Positions 1 through 13,658 of a stretch of DNA of 64,000 bases are shown here, one piece after another; position 1 is the stretch's first letter, and the number at the start of each line of letters is the position of its first letter. Where the stretch lies: contig OZ287068.1 in the NCBI GenBank assembly GCA_965645245.1, forward strand, positions 1,054,001 through 1,118,000. The letters run 5' to 3'. Made by a program: the position numbers and the translations under genes. The notes beneath the pieces were generated by a model. It was not told the DNA's origin and did no database searches. It was given only the letters and a program-made list of their open reading frames with translations. The DNA comes from Massalongia carnosa (lineage: Eukaryota).

Positions 1-1183
1 TCGCGGGCTACAGATTGCTCGGTGAGCGTGTTAATTGGGTTTGGCGGAGGACTGTTTGGTAGCGAGAGATGGACCCTGTGGTGAGATCCGTAGACTTCGA
101 TGTTGTGGGGGATTTGGCGTTTGGCGTTTGGCGTTTGGGGGGGGAGTGGGGTGCAGTGAGTGGTTGGCGTGAGCTGGAAAGAAGGAAGGATTTTCATTGG
201 ACTCCTGTATGGAGGTGGAGTCTAGACGTAGACTTGGTCCCACGGCGGGTAGGAAGGGTACACAAGCTACAAAGCCCGGAATGACGAAATGCGCGTCAGC
301 GACGTAGGATGTCCTGTATGACTAGATTTGAGGCAGGGATAATGAGATCGAATAGGCGGTGCGGAGCATTCTCTAAGACACACAGGGCGTGCGTGAGGGT
401 GTAACTTGGGCACCGAGATCCCGCCTGGGCAAGAGACACATAATCTACGTTCCACGGTTTGGAACCCCGATCAGCGTGATACATATCATTTCGAACACCG
501 TGAAGTTCTAAGTTGTCATGGCATGTGTAGTGGTCAACTTGGATATTTGTGCGATACTCGCTACCTATCCGAAGCGGAATAACAGGTACAGGCAGGCAAA
601 GAGGCATCCATCAGCCATTGCTTCCGATCTCCTTAATTTAACATCCTCAATTCCAAAAATGCGTAACATTTACAATGTGCACTTGCATAAAACGCCCTTG
701 TACACCAAAAGGTATACCCAAGCTAACCACGCTCGTCTTGATGTTTCAAACAACAGACAACACTGAAAAGAAGAAAAACGTCTATAGATGTGTGGAATCT
801 TAACCCTCCGTGATGTCGCGCAAATGGTATAGGTAAACAAATGCACAATCGATGCCCAAACTCCTCCCATTTGTCCGATAGAACTTTTCGTTTTTTGTTC
901 CCTGTGCGATGTGAGACTCCAGATGGTGTTGGCTATGGTGATACAGTACGACAAGAAAAGATATCCGACTTCAAATGCCCGACAAAGCGATGATAAGATA
1001 GATGCACCCATCCGCTTCCTGATAGACGTGAAAGATGAGTGGGGAGATGGAAAGAATTGGGTCGTAAATTTGCCCACTGAATGTGTAACCGCTAGAAAAG
1101 TGTGCCGTGAAGGGAACGATGGGCTTATAGACCTGAATGGAAGTTCCCCGAGAATGGAAATGTGCAGAAATAAGTCGGAATGG

Positions 1184-1708
1184 TTATGTAGAGGTCATCC
1201 GCCTCCTCCAGTTTCGCAGCAGATCGAACGAGTTGGTGTAGCTTCGAAGCTCCAATTTTGCTTGGGCCGAAAGGCCGCTATTTTGCGACACTTTACTTTG
1301 CATCGAAGCAAGGGATGAGTGAGAGGACGAGGGTGTAAGGGTTCGTTGAACGTATGGCGGAGGGGGAGGATTCGCAGGGGTTTGGGTTTGGAAAGTGGAT
1401 GAGAAGTAGGATATCTCGTATGCAGATTGGGAAGGATGAGAATCTTGCAAAGCAGAATGCTTGTTTGATCTGTAGGCCGAGAAGTTGAACGCCGGCTGTA
1501 GATAGAATCCTGATCGGCTTGACCTGTTGGTGGAAGATGCCCAGAACGACGATTGCTCGAGGATGGCAGGGGAAGCCGGCTCGGAGCCGCAAGAAGATGT
1601 CTCAAGATCGGCGAGACGGCAGATCTGAGAGCAGTAAGGTCCGCCAGCGGTAATTTGCCGGTCACAAGAGAGACAATAATCTGGTGACCAGTTCGAGTCC
1701 ATCGTCAT
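1184..1708 (-). CDS. ECL1: Ecl1/2/3-family (life-span regulatory factor) zinc-binding protein
   Basis: N-terminal motif DYCLSCDRQ...YCSQICRLADLE matches the Ecl1 four-Cys signature, followed by a Ser-rich disordered region and a C-terminal ELRSYTNSFD motif. Single exon; ATG at 1708 (or 1702), in frame with ORF 1184..1891. Confidence 0.8.
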   Translation of the reverse strand: MTMDSNWSPDYCLSCDRQITAGGPYCSQICRLADLETSSCGSEPASPAILEQSSFWASSTNRSSRSGFYLQPAFNFSAYRSNKHSALQDSHPSQSAYEISYFSSTFQTQTPANPPPPPYVQRTLTPSSSHSSLASMQSKVSQNSGLSAQAKLELRSYTNSFDLLRNWRRRMTST

Positions 1709-4700
1709 TGATTGTGTTTCTGTTGTTGGAAGAGCGTGTTTTCGTGCTGAATGGATATGGTGGGGAACGACGACTATATATGCTTTGGGCCAAGGCTGAA
1801 TAATGCGAGATAAATACCAATAATGCGGTGAATTTTGGTGGTAGTGAGGCTCGGTATGAATATCTAAGGAAGGTGGAGGTGAGCAAGACAATGTCTTGAG
1901 CCAACAATATAAGGTATGGTGGAGAGGATCACCAATTTGGCGGACGAAGACGAGTGTTGAGATGAATGATAGAATTGATGTTGTCGTTCATTCTTCTCTT
2001 GTTGGAGAAGAAGGCTGTAGTGCCGGTTCATTGGGTAAGGCAATATGATGAGCAAGAGGCAACGACAGGCTTCTATATTTTCTCATGCACAAGCACACTG
2101 GAATGCAAGCAGAAACTTTGCCCTCGCAACGAATTTTCCAGCGAATGATCATCCGAGCAGGTATGTGCCGCTCCATTTAGCACTTGAAGGAGCTGCAGTC
2201 AACTGAATTGGCAGGCGCGCTAAAAGCACTTTTGAAATCACTAAGACTAGTCAGTCTAACTGTTTCGAGCTCCGCTTGCAGCCCAAACAAATCCACATTT
2301 GATGCTAATAGCTTTCGTGCATGAGTCGGTTCGTGCTTTCGTGGGGTGAGACCGGAGGGGGGGAAGAGTTGGAAGGAAAAATGACCTATGAAAGCTAACG
2401 GAGAGCAAGAAGGCTTGGGAGATTGTTATTTTGGATAAGATATGAAAGTAGGTACAGACTAGGTACAGAGTACTTGCAGAGTACTCTCTACAGATTACAG
2501 GGGTCGGCCTCAGGTTAACAAGCAGCTACAACCCCAGCGAACTACGATTTGATACACGCACAAATGCCTTCTGATTGGATCACATGCCATCGACAATCTG
2601 TCCTTGACACGATCATCGAGAATGTGACAACAGATCGTGATGAGGGGCTCACAAGACACTTTGGCTACCGAAGCTATCCCATTTGGAAATTTTGTACAGA
2701 GTATCGCGGTCATCATCCGATTCTTGTTTGTACGTTTGCCCCTGAAGGTTTTCCCAGTGTCTCAAACCCTAAGAAGTGAGGGCCAAAATCTCCTCAGGTA
2801 GGTGAAGAGCGACTCACAGAGTACTCCGGATAGCACTCTATACCTAGTTAGTTACGGGTCAGAGGACTTGAGTCGATACGATGTCAAGAGTAAGACGATG
2901 GTACCATTCTTCTCCCTTGCCGAGTACTTCCCAACGTACAGAAGTCAGCAACCATGGAACTGAAAACTTCCTCGGCCTCAGCCTAGCTTGAAAAGGGCTT
3001 CTGTTGAAAACACTATTTACCTGGCTTCCGTCATCTCGTCGTGTGTGTTGATTGATGCGCAATCCCTCCTGACGATACCCTGAGCAACATCGATACAGAT
3101 CCAACAAAGGTATTTTGCTTGCGTCGCATAACATGCTACTTCACCCACGCCCGACATCATCGTGCCTAGCTCTCATGCAGCAGTTATGTATGCTAGGTAC
3201 GAAGTACAAAGTGCTTGGCGGAAACCAGATTTCACCACATTGAGGTGTGCCAACTGATAGGTGACCTCAGTCATTGATTACTCGTATGTTTGACACTTGC
3301 TAGTTAACTTGGGTCAAGTTGGCCTCCTGACGTTGAGATTCAGCTAGTACTCAGTTTTATCGGTCGACCAACGCTGAAAAGTGTACTCTGTAACCTTCAT
3401 GGCATTCACCGATAGCCAATGACAATTCTGTTCATGACATTCTGTATTCATAGTTCGAGTTCATCAAAACTCTGGGAAGGGGCTTTCAAAGGGAACCAAA
3501 ATATTATCCGTGGCTACTCAGCCCCTTTCGCTAGGTTAACTATGTCTCAGACCCTGGAGGCGTATAAGCATGTCGCAATCAAGTACCAGAGTAATGGGCA
3601 GCAAGCCAATCAGAGTCGAGTATTTGGCAATTCGAGAATGCGGGGATCACCATTTAACCAGCGAGAATCTTAACCTCTTTGGACCAAGAGGCCAAAAATT
3701 GGTGTGTCTGGGGTTTGCGTCTTCATCCTCCGCAACCGAGGCTTGATCCCTTTATTTTCAGGCATCCCTGTCCATTATTCGCCCGAGGCCGAGGCTAAGA
3801 AGTGGTTCAACGGTAGCTAACAGCATTAAAGTAGGTAGAAAGTACCGAGTACTCGGTACTAAATCTTATGCTTTGTTTTCGTGCACATGTTAACTGATAG
3901 TGCTGCAACATTCCACATTCAGCGTTTAAGAAGCATGGGATAGAAATCAACTATCCACTTTGTCCTTCTTCCTACGGAGTGTACTGTACCTGAGAGCATC
4001 CCAGAGCGGAAAAGGCTAGGGGTTGTTCGCTCTACCCACTCGCTCATCCTAGGGATACAAAGTAATGTGCAGTATACTGAGTACTCTACGAAGTAAGCAT
4101 CCACCTTTATCACTCCTTAATGCCTCGTGAAGTGAAATACTTCGTTTGAGCCAAACAAACAGCTTCAAAACAATCTCGGACAAATTCGCAACATCGAACT
4201 AATTTAGTGGCTGGAACGCCCGCCATTTCAACCAAACTCATGATTTCCTTACAGAACCCAAGGTAAAGCCGCCTTAACCCATATCAAGTTACTTGCACGG
4301 GATGTCGACGGATAAAACAATGAGCCAACGAAGGATCAGCTTGACACCTAGAGAGGGAAAGCAATCGCTGTAAAGACGTGAAGTGAGGGTCCTTGCCTAA
4401 CCCAAGAGAAAGCGCATGAAAGCGGCAGGCAGGCAGACTAAAGCTGTACTGATTTGCAACGAGCAGCAAGCAGCAGACGGACCCTGTACACGACCCCGTC
4501 CTGCCAGAGAAGTCCTTGGGAGCCACGTTATCCACCTGTCAAACCGTATTCGTGTCACTACGCCATCCACTCATGATCCTTCTCACCTTTCTGCGCTCAG
4601 ACCCTTCATGCCTCTCGAGTAATTCTACCCGAGAGACCTTGCCTAAGCATAAATAAATGAAGACGCTTGGGTGATCCTCGTTTGCGTGGACTACCCGTGA

Positions 4701-6929
4701 CTGTATCGACGGAACCTAACGTCCCCTTTCCCGTCCGTGGGTAACGCCATCGATTGGTCAAGTGGGATAATTACGCGTTTTATTGGAGAGCCAGAAAGCA
4801 GTCCCGTTTAATGTCCGCACGAATAATCGAGGAGCAGAATCATGTTTAGCGTTTCAATGGTGTGGGGTTCTCCCTAATCCGAACCCTATTGGGAAGCGTG
4901 CATTACGACTGCCCCAGCGCCCTACACTCTTGCTTTAGCCAACATGCTTACGGCTCGGCAAAAAGCTAGGTAGATCAACCGCAACCTAGAAAGCTAGAGA
5001 TCCACCTGAGCTTCAAGCCTTCAATGATATTCGGCAATTATTGCGTGATTGATGTACACGGGATATCTCCAATAGCGACGGAAGGACTGCAAAGTCCTAC
5101 GGGATAATAGTTTCAACTGCCTTCTTTCGCTTCTGTGCGTTGTCGAGATGAAACCGAAAGGAGATCCAGAAAAAGCCTTTTATTTCGGAAGTTCCTGCTT
5201 CACTCGGTTGAGACTCAAAGATTCTGCTATCGGTCCTCTTCAATCTGAATCTGGCTATCATTCCTGTCATAGTTGCTGAGACTTGCTTGGAGGCAAGTAC
5301 AAACGATGTTACAATCATCTAGATCTATAGAAGCTTCTTTGCATTTGTGACCTTCAGTCTACTCCAAATACTCAAGGTTTCAGATAGGCGTTCTTGAGAA
5401 ATCTGTCGTGCTTTGCTTTTGGGTGAAGAGAAGACCATCAATCATGTTGTTAGCTCCGGTAACCTTCCGTGTGCACTTATTCTACCTACTCTCTACAGCC
5501 ATGCAAGGACATCATTCTCGGAGCATTTTGTTCAAATGCATCCCAATTAGGCTGTGTATCATGAGGCCTTATATCTAATCTCAAAACAGGATGAGTGAGG
5601 AAGTATGGATCATGATGCTCGCTGCATTTCCTATCCACACTTCATTCCAGGGCTGGTGAGAAGCAATCAACCTTGACTCTTAAGGTTCGGCGTTTGGAAG
5701 ATCCGACTTGCCCAACTGCCATGGTCCAGTCGTCTCGGGCTTTTTCTGCAGAGTTAGATTGAACTTCAATCCATACGTTCAGGCAGAATACTGCAAATGC
5801 GGAACTTTCATTTACTTTAACATTATGGACGGCATAAGGTCTCAGCGGATATATAGCTTCGTCAAAGGCAACAGCGAGGATATACTTTGCTCCTGATGTA
5901 AAGCCCTAACTAAAGCCTATTTGAACCAGTATTCCTAAACTCCACCTTTTTTTGCCTCAGGCATAGTAAACCGGTTGGAAACCATGCAACAAATTTAGCG
6001 AGCTACTAAGAATCATAACCGCTAAGGGGCATTTAACGCAACGTTCGTCCCAAAATTTAAATTACTCCGTATATTCCTTGGTATGGTACAACCAGATATG
6101 ATTCATGGCTGACTTTCAGAATTCTTCAAGGCGTACTTCGTATCAACTCGAAACATTTCCAGGATACCGAGTACATAAGCGAAAGTAGGTTGGTTACTGA
6201 GGCGATTCGCCAACTAAAATGAAATATGCAGAACGATCTCAATTAGTTGGAAGAGCCCTCATCACGGGTAAAGACATTGTCAGAACGATGCACTAGAGGC
6301 TACTCGTCATTGCTGATATGCATCAAAACCGCTTGTCTTATCAATCCAGATCGGCATCCTCCCCGAAGTGGGGATAAATACATATGCGCTTTTTAGGAGT
6401 AGACAAGGCTTTCTTCCGAATATGCAATGGAAGAGTTTGGACGCTAGACGGATGACTGTTCTGCTTTTCACTCAAACACGCTTCAGCTTAAGGTTAAACC
6501 TCCCTAAACCGGCGTAGAGTTGTGACCGCATGAAAAAGAAAGATTGCCTCTTGAGACAAAGTATCTTAGCCTCGTAAGGCTAAGAAGAAAGAAGTTTTGG
6601 CCCTCTGCACTCCTCTGAACTATGACGTATGACGTCTCTCAGCAGTGTTCTCGGACTTAATATGGTTGAAGGTGAACGATGCATCAATTGCTACAACTTA
6701 CCCTCGCATGCCAATAAAGCATATGGTTTCAAAATTACCGCAGTCCATAAGTTGAGATAACGGACTGCATCTGGGCGACTCTATGCCCTCCATATTCCTG
6801 GTTAACTTGCGTGATTGGCTCCAGGATCTCTTCAGTTGTAAGCATCCGCTTCCCTTACGACAAACTGCATTCCGTTCTCATCTGATCATTTCCCAAGCCA
6901 TCCACCCCCAACCCCACCAGTCCCAAATA

Positions 6930-7640
6930 ATGCTCGAAACCCCGCACGAACTTCCACCATCCGTTTCTCTCATCACCCACCGTTCGAACCTCGCCCTTCT
7001 CTCCATCCTCTCCACCCCCTCTTCTCACCGGCCCGCCCTTCCCCCTGAATTAATATTGCAAATCCTCTCCTACCCCTCTCGATGGGTGCTTGCTTACACC
7101 CTTGCCACCCCTAATCCGATCCAGGTATCTTACGTGGAGGAATCAAAGGTGCTGATTCGAACGCCTTCGTTCACCGCTCGATCATTTTCCCTATTCCGCA
7201 AAGTCATAATCACATTCTGCGCTAAGGATCAGGGATGGAGTTCGTTCCCACAGCACCACAGGACCTTTGAGAATAGCTGGACGTGGTTTGATCTCCTTAT
7301 CGAAGACGGGACTACCAAGAAGGAGGAAGCCCATGATTACGATGATGAAGAAGGAGCACAAGGAGTAGAAGCGGAGCAGAAGGCCGACCATGAACCCTCA
7401 CCAAGAGAGCCGTGCATACGGAAACAGCTCCTGCAGGCAAATCGCCACGCGGGAGAAGAGACGGAACGATACGAAATCAGCATGGACAAAGGCCAGGGAA
7501 TCTTGCAGACACTGAAAGTCGGCGATCGTATCGCCCTGGTTGCATGTGCGAGGTACTCGGGGTGGACGAACTATGTTGAAAAAGCGAGCATGGAGATTTG
7601 GGAGGAAGACGACTTGCGGGTGGGGGATGGGGGCGAATAA
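6930..7640 (+). CDS. Conserved fungal hypothetical protein (DQGWS / SWTWF / ARYxGWxN motif family)
   Basis: Long single-exon ORF with an F-box-like LPPELILQILS segment and motifs KDQGWSS, NSWTWFD, LQANRHA, ACARYSGWTNYV seen in uncharacterised ascomycete proteins. Start is either 6930 or the in-frame upstream ATG at 6783. Confidence 0.7.
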   Translation: MLETPHELPPSVSLITHRSNLALLSILSTPSSHRPALPPELILQILSYPSRWVLAYTLATPNPIQVSYVEESKVLIRTPSFTARSFSLFRKVIITFCAKDQGWSSFPQHHRTFENSWTWFDLLIEDGTTKKEEAHDYDDEEGAQGVEAEQKADHEPSPREPCIRKQLLQANRHAGEETERYEISMDKGQGILQTLKVGDRIALVACARYSGWTNYVEKASMEIWEEDDLRVGDGGE

Positions 7641-10600
7641 GGCTCAGCAATCATGATGACTTGCACGATGGAACTTAATGATAGTAGATTAGGTAACAAT
7701 GATTGGTGTTGTTAGGGAGAGCAGCTCTTCGATATGTACATTGGCAAGGACAAAGGAAAGCGGTGAGGGTAGGCTCTAAGTAGCGCTCATGAGACAACTT
7801 TCCCGGCATGGCATTTGTTAGGATAGATACCTCCATCTTATGAACTTCATATACAATCCCATCAGTGGCACCAGCGCGTCAGGAAGTACCAGCTATGCAT
7901 ATTTTACCTTGCTACAATATTCTTATCGAGCAACATCATCCCACAATCCTCTCCCCTGGTATCGGGATTTTCACCCAGATATAGGTTAAGATGTACATAT
8001 ACATATCTACAGTATCACAATCTTAACTCCTTTCCCACTCCCCAAACTTTGATTATGATAACCTCTTCCCTCCTTCCCAAGTCGCCTTCCCACCCCCCCT
8101 CCTCAACGTCCTATCCTCCAAGTATCTCAGATAGAGTAATCTTGTTTTCTCCATCCTACATTTTGTACAGCGCCAGAAGAAAAAGTGGGAGAGATAGTGT
8201 TTCTTGGCTTGTGATCAGATAACAGCGATGGGAGATTTCTTGAAATATACTATGTTAGGAAAGCACTGGGGAGTTTATTCCATCATGTTCGGGCACTAGT
8301 TTTGATACTCTTATAACCCTGTTTTTATTATTCTTGTACCGCCCATTCTTGTTCATATTTCTATCTCGGTTTGCCTTTTATCTACTCGTTTGTCTTCCTA
8401 GCTTCATACCTATTTTATCAAAGACTCGCAGAGAGATAGGAATGGGAGAGAGATAAGGAGGGAAGAAGATGGTAGGGGAGGATGGATAGAGATATAGAGA
8501 AGATCGGCGATTTAGAGTTATAATAAAAGGGAAAAAGGAACCGAGTCTTTAACGCCTACAAACAAAAGGTATACACGAGAAAGTACAAAATTCGACCAGA
8601 AGGGGTTATTGGAGTATTTGGGCTACTGTTTACTAAAAAAAATCTCGAAAGAAGAGGCCCATGGGACTATAGTAAAGAGATTAACGCATGCTATTGCCAT
8701 GTGAAAGGAGAGTTTGGCGGAGTGTACTAGACAGGCGTTTCTCCTTGGAGTTGGAATGTGAGGTGGCTGTGCAGGGGCCTCCATAAGAGGATTCTTGATA
8801 TAACCATGTCCACTATTCATGCCCAGCAAGCGAGCTGAAGACCTAACCAGAGGGTGCATTCTTCTGGCTACCTCAATTAATCTTCGGAGATAAAATAGGA
8901 AATGGCAGTTAGCATACCTGCCTATACAGAAAGTGATAAGGGCAGGAACAATACCACTCATCATGACTAGGAATTCACCGACCAGGACCAGACGACATCC
9001 GCATCCTCCGAAGTGGAGCAATTCCCAAGACCGTTATGGAAATTTTTTTTGCAGATATCCAACGAAAACTAAATCATGCTCACGTAACTTTCCAGCCCAA
9101 TTATGCTATCTTATCAGCCGCTTTCAAGCCCTCGTTAGAACGCAAAGGGCGACGTTGGGAACGATCTGGAAGAAACGCATTATTCAAGAAATGGATCCGA
9201 GACTATGGAAAGCGCTACCAAACTCCAGTCCCGGTAGAACGTCGAGATTGGCAGTTCGGCCTGCCCGGCTGGAACATAGAATTTTATGGATTTAGCACCG
9301 GAGAAGCCTAGACTAGGCCTGATGGAGAAGTTTCATGGTGGAAATGTTTTGAGAAGGTGGCCAGAATTTAACGCAGAAAACCAGCGCTGCTGATGTTGTT
9401 GAAATTTGGACTCTGACCATATGAAAGCTGTAGACGATGACGTAAAGCAATTCAAGGCTCTTATCCCTTCGTTCATGGCTACCTTCTTTGAATGACGATG
9501 CTTATCGTCTTCTTTTCATCCCCCGGTGGATTGGATAGCAGAAGTCTTTAAAGATGATAATCTTAAGTTAGGATCATTAGAAACCAAAAAGCATAATCGA
9601 TAGCGAATAATAATCATGATTGATATCGCCATCCCTGACAACTATTCTGTAGTCATGTATTTATTCTAGATATGTTGCTAAAGTGGGTGCTGATCTAAGC
9701 TTTTCGCTATGTAGCTATCGTGACAATTCGGACACAGGACAGGCTGAATGAAAGACGCTTCTCAAACCAATGATTGGGCCTTGAAAAAATAAAACAGAAG
9801 AAAACTGCAAGTACATCATCAGACCAATTTATTCTTCCACCATCGCCTATCGAGCTATCTCTCTCTTCTGTACTCCAGTCTTGTTGAGAACCTTCTTTCA
9901 TGCTGAAATCCGAGAAATTTCTAGTGTCGCCGTTCGGTAGCGACTACATCCTGCTCTTGAAGACGTAACTATTACTTCTACAACCTCCGTTCTTTCCTTG
10001 TCAGGTAAGATCGTTTCCCTCCGCGATATAGCTGCTAGGCTGCGATAAAGCTTAGAAGCACCGCAGTCTTAACAAGAGGGCACTGGTACAGAGTATGTCA
10101 GGTGCGACAGATGAGACATAACGTCAATAAAGGTAGCGATCGTCGTTACCCGTTGAACTGACAGTTTGCAATGGCATGCTTGCGAGCAATGCCTCGGCGC
10201 TTCGAGTCCGCGATTCTAGTTATAGCCATGTGTGTCCGATTCGAGACGAGCTCCACGATACCTCATTTGGTTGATTTGATGGACAGTAGGCGTAAGGATA
10301 AGGCACCAACCAGGCTGAAGCTTCAGAAACTGTGGCGGCGGGCTCCCGCAGCATATGGACCCTTAGTCGACCATGCCTATTGGCCGGGAGCACAAACCGT
10401 CGATACCGGGTGAGATAACCTTTTTGGAGAGGAGTTCCTGGAGTGGCTTTAACAATATTCACTCCGGGGCTAGAGGAAGGTTAACGGCAGTCTTTGCGAC
10501 CGCTAAATACTGACATCCTCCATTGGTATCGCAATAGGTACTTCACTTCTTTATGACGACATGCTCTCAATGCGCCCGGCAATCGTGACTTGTGAGCGAC

Positions 10601-11539
10601 CCACCTTGTCAAAACGATAAGCATGACCTCTTCACCAGTTACTTGGAGTGGAGGAGACTATCGGAAGAGATCTGAACGAGGGATATTTTATAGCTGTTGT
10701 TAAGAAAGGTCTTCGTCTAGAGACATGACGAACATCAGATATGGTCTACATCTCTCTAGACCGTCTAGTCGCGACTTCAGCGGCTGTAGTGTTCGTCCCC
10801 TGAGTTGTCTATTGGAGGCAGCTTCGGCTAACCTATCACCTGCCTTAAGTCACCTTATGCCTTATCATAGTTACGACACATATTCAAGTACGCGATGATA
10901 TGTCGTTGCGACAGGAAGATTCTGTCCTTCTAGAACTCATTTCATGCACCTCGGTCGATCTGGGTTCCGGATCTATGTCAGATCCTATTGGATTTCGACG
11001 GTTAATAAGCTTCCCTGTATATTGAGGAGCTTCCTCACAAGGAAATCCTGCGGCTTCTGTTTATGACGACAAACGAAACAGACGACCAAATGACCTGATA
11101 AGAATCCTGTGGGTGTGAGCCACACGTGTGAGTCGCTCAAGTCGCTGCGAACAATATACCAGCCCTCAGTCTATCAGACCAAGGACCTGCCGTGCTCAGT
11201 GATTGTCTCATCGCAGCACCTTCTCATACTGGATCAAGGCCGATAGAATCTTGAATGATGAGATGAGGTATTGGGCATCACGCCTTTGGCCTCAAACACA
11301 CCACGAGATCTTTGAGTGCAACATTTGTTGAGCTTCATGTCCTACCACCGTTGGCTTATCATTGACTTCGTGATCAATCTAAAAAATGTGTGGATGAGAG
11401 AACAATTCACTGTCGTAGGAGAATCTATAAAGAGGATATCAATGCCCCTCCTACATACTCCAGCTCATCCACCTCAGTCTATCAATCGTATTCGCTGCAC
11501 ATTACTCCCTTGGTCAGCGCCCACATTACAACCTGCATC

Positions 11540-12953
11540 ATGCGATTCTTCCAGCAGCTAGGAGCGGCTTCGGCTCTGCTTGCTATCGCATTAGCTTCGC
11601 CAGTCGAGCGCCGGGATACCAAGAAGTCGTTCACGGTTCATCAGACTGTGCCGAAGTCATTTATCAAGTCTGGGCCTGCAGCTGTACTGTCAACATATAA
11701 CAAGTTCCAAAAACAGGCACCACAAGACGTTATTACTGCCGCAGCTGCCAACGATGGCACTGTCACGACCGATCCAACCCAGTTTGACTCGCAGTACCTG
11801 ACTCCTGTCACGGTAGGTGGACAGACTTTGAACCTAGATATTGATACAGGTTCGGCCGATCTGTAAGCGCTTGGATGAGAAACGCTAGAGTTTCTATGTA
11901 AACGTCCCACGCTAATACCGGATAGCTGGGTATTCTCATCAGAGCTCTCTCCATCTGATGAGACCGGTCATTCAATCTACAATCCTTCACTTTCTAGCAC
12001 CTCGAGCATCAAGAGTGGATATTCCTGGAGAATCTCATACGGCGATGGAAGCAGCGCTAGCGGAGATGTTTACGCTGACACTGTCAGTGTTGGAGGTACT
12101 ACTGTTTCAGGCCAAGCTGTTGAGCTCGCCCAGACCATTAGTGCTCAGTTCCAGCAAGATACCCAGAATGATGGCCTTCTTGGCTTATCATTTAGCACTG
12201 GGAACACTGGTGAGAACCAAAGCCTTCCCTTTTCAATCAAGACTTGGTTGAGAAAAGACAATGAGCTGACGTTCGCAGTGTCACCTGTCAAACAGCAGAC
12301 ATTCTTCGATAACGCCAAGTCATCCTTGTCCGCGCCCCTCTTCACTGTGGACTTGAAGAAGGCTGCGCCCGGAAGTTACAGTTTTGGGTTTATTGACAAC
12401 TCCAAATACACTGGCCAGATTACCTACGTGCCCGTCAACGCCAGGAACGGGTTCTGGGAGTTCACCAGCAACGGTTACGCTGTGAATGGCGGTGCCTTCG
12501 CGTCTACTTCCATTGATGCCATCGCTGATACTGGAACCACGCTTCTCTACCTCCCCGACGCCGTTGTCTCCGCCTACTATGCCCGCGTGCCGAGCGCCTC
12601 GTACAGTTCAACCCAAGGCGGCTACATCTTTCCTTGCGGAACCTCCCTTCCCAGCATCACCCTTGGCATCAGCAATTACAAAGCCGTTATTCCCGGTTCT
12701 TTCATTGAATACGCTCCGCTCGCTAACAATAGCCCCAGTAAGTTGCCCCTCCCTTAGGGAAATGGCTTTTGATGGAGCCAACCCATCACGACGCTAACAT
12801 ACTTGACCTCACCTTTTAGCTTGCTTCGGCGGCATTCAGTCGAACACCGGCATCGGCTTCTCCATCTTCGGCGACATTTTCCTCAAGGCACAATTTGTTG
12901 TCTTCGACGGTGGCAATAGCCCTCGACTCGGCTTTGCCAGCAAGCCCCTCTAA
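11540..12953 (+). CDS. Secreted pepsin-like aspartic protease (A1, aspergillopepsin/endothiapepsin type)
   Basis: Signal peptide [19 protein letters not shown], propeptide, and both catalytic motifs DIDTGSADL and IADTGTTL; C-terminal SIFGDIFLK...FDGG...LGFASKPL. Exons 11540-11862, 11926-12209, 12279-12737, 12820-12953 with GT-AG introns. Confidence 0.96.
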
Positions 12954-13658
12954 ACTCAAGAATACTCAAACGAGACGGATCACAGGAATCGTCCCGGCGG
13001 GGTGAAGGGGAGGCTGGTGCGTGATTCTTAGTTAGCTCAGGGGGAAATTTGGCCGATGGAGGAGCATGGGGAAGCGGGAAGAGGACCTACATCGATGATG
13101 TTATGTTGTTTTGTTCTTTCTTTCCTACGTAGATTTTAACTTGCTCGGATCCCGCTTATCGTTCGCTTACTTCCCGTTTTCATCGTGTGAATACCGCCCC
13201 TATTTCTAGGCCACGTCTGTTTCTTTCACAACATATATATACACAGAGCCAATCTGCCTTCTTGAGAATTCCTCTCTATCTACCCATGCACCGCACTCGT
13301 TGGAGAACTGCACCTCGTTTCGGATCCCGGGGAATGAATCACTCCCTCCGCATCCATCCATATTTCATTTATCGGCTGAGCGGAAGGAGAGGAAGGGATT
13401 GATGAGATCCGGTAGTTCTGGAAAATGTGTTTATTTTGATGTGATGAATTGGGAAAGAGAGAGGCAGAGTAACAGGCAGATAGGAAGGAAGGAAGGATTG
13501 GTGAATCAATTGCCTAGGGGGCAGACCAGGATAAGTAGGTATGCATATATGTATAAAACCCCTTCATGTGGAAAGCTTGTGACTCTAGAAGAGACTTAAC
13601 CTCATCAGGTCGTAGAAATGAACCCGACCCAACCCAAACGCCCTAAGCCTTTCAGGAT

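Noticed and set aside
113..137. (TTTGGCG)3 as a telomere-like repeat
   Set aside because: Only three copies and not TTAGGG; most likely a simple repeat in 3' UTR/intergenic DNA.
11540..12953. Aspartic protease as the processing peptidase of the RiPP module
   Set aside because: It is an ordinary secreted aspergillopepsin-type enzyme, separated from the module by housekeeping YPI1; KR sites are normally cut by Kex2.
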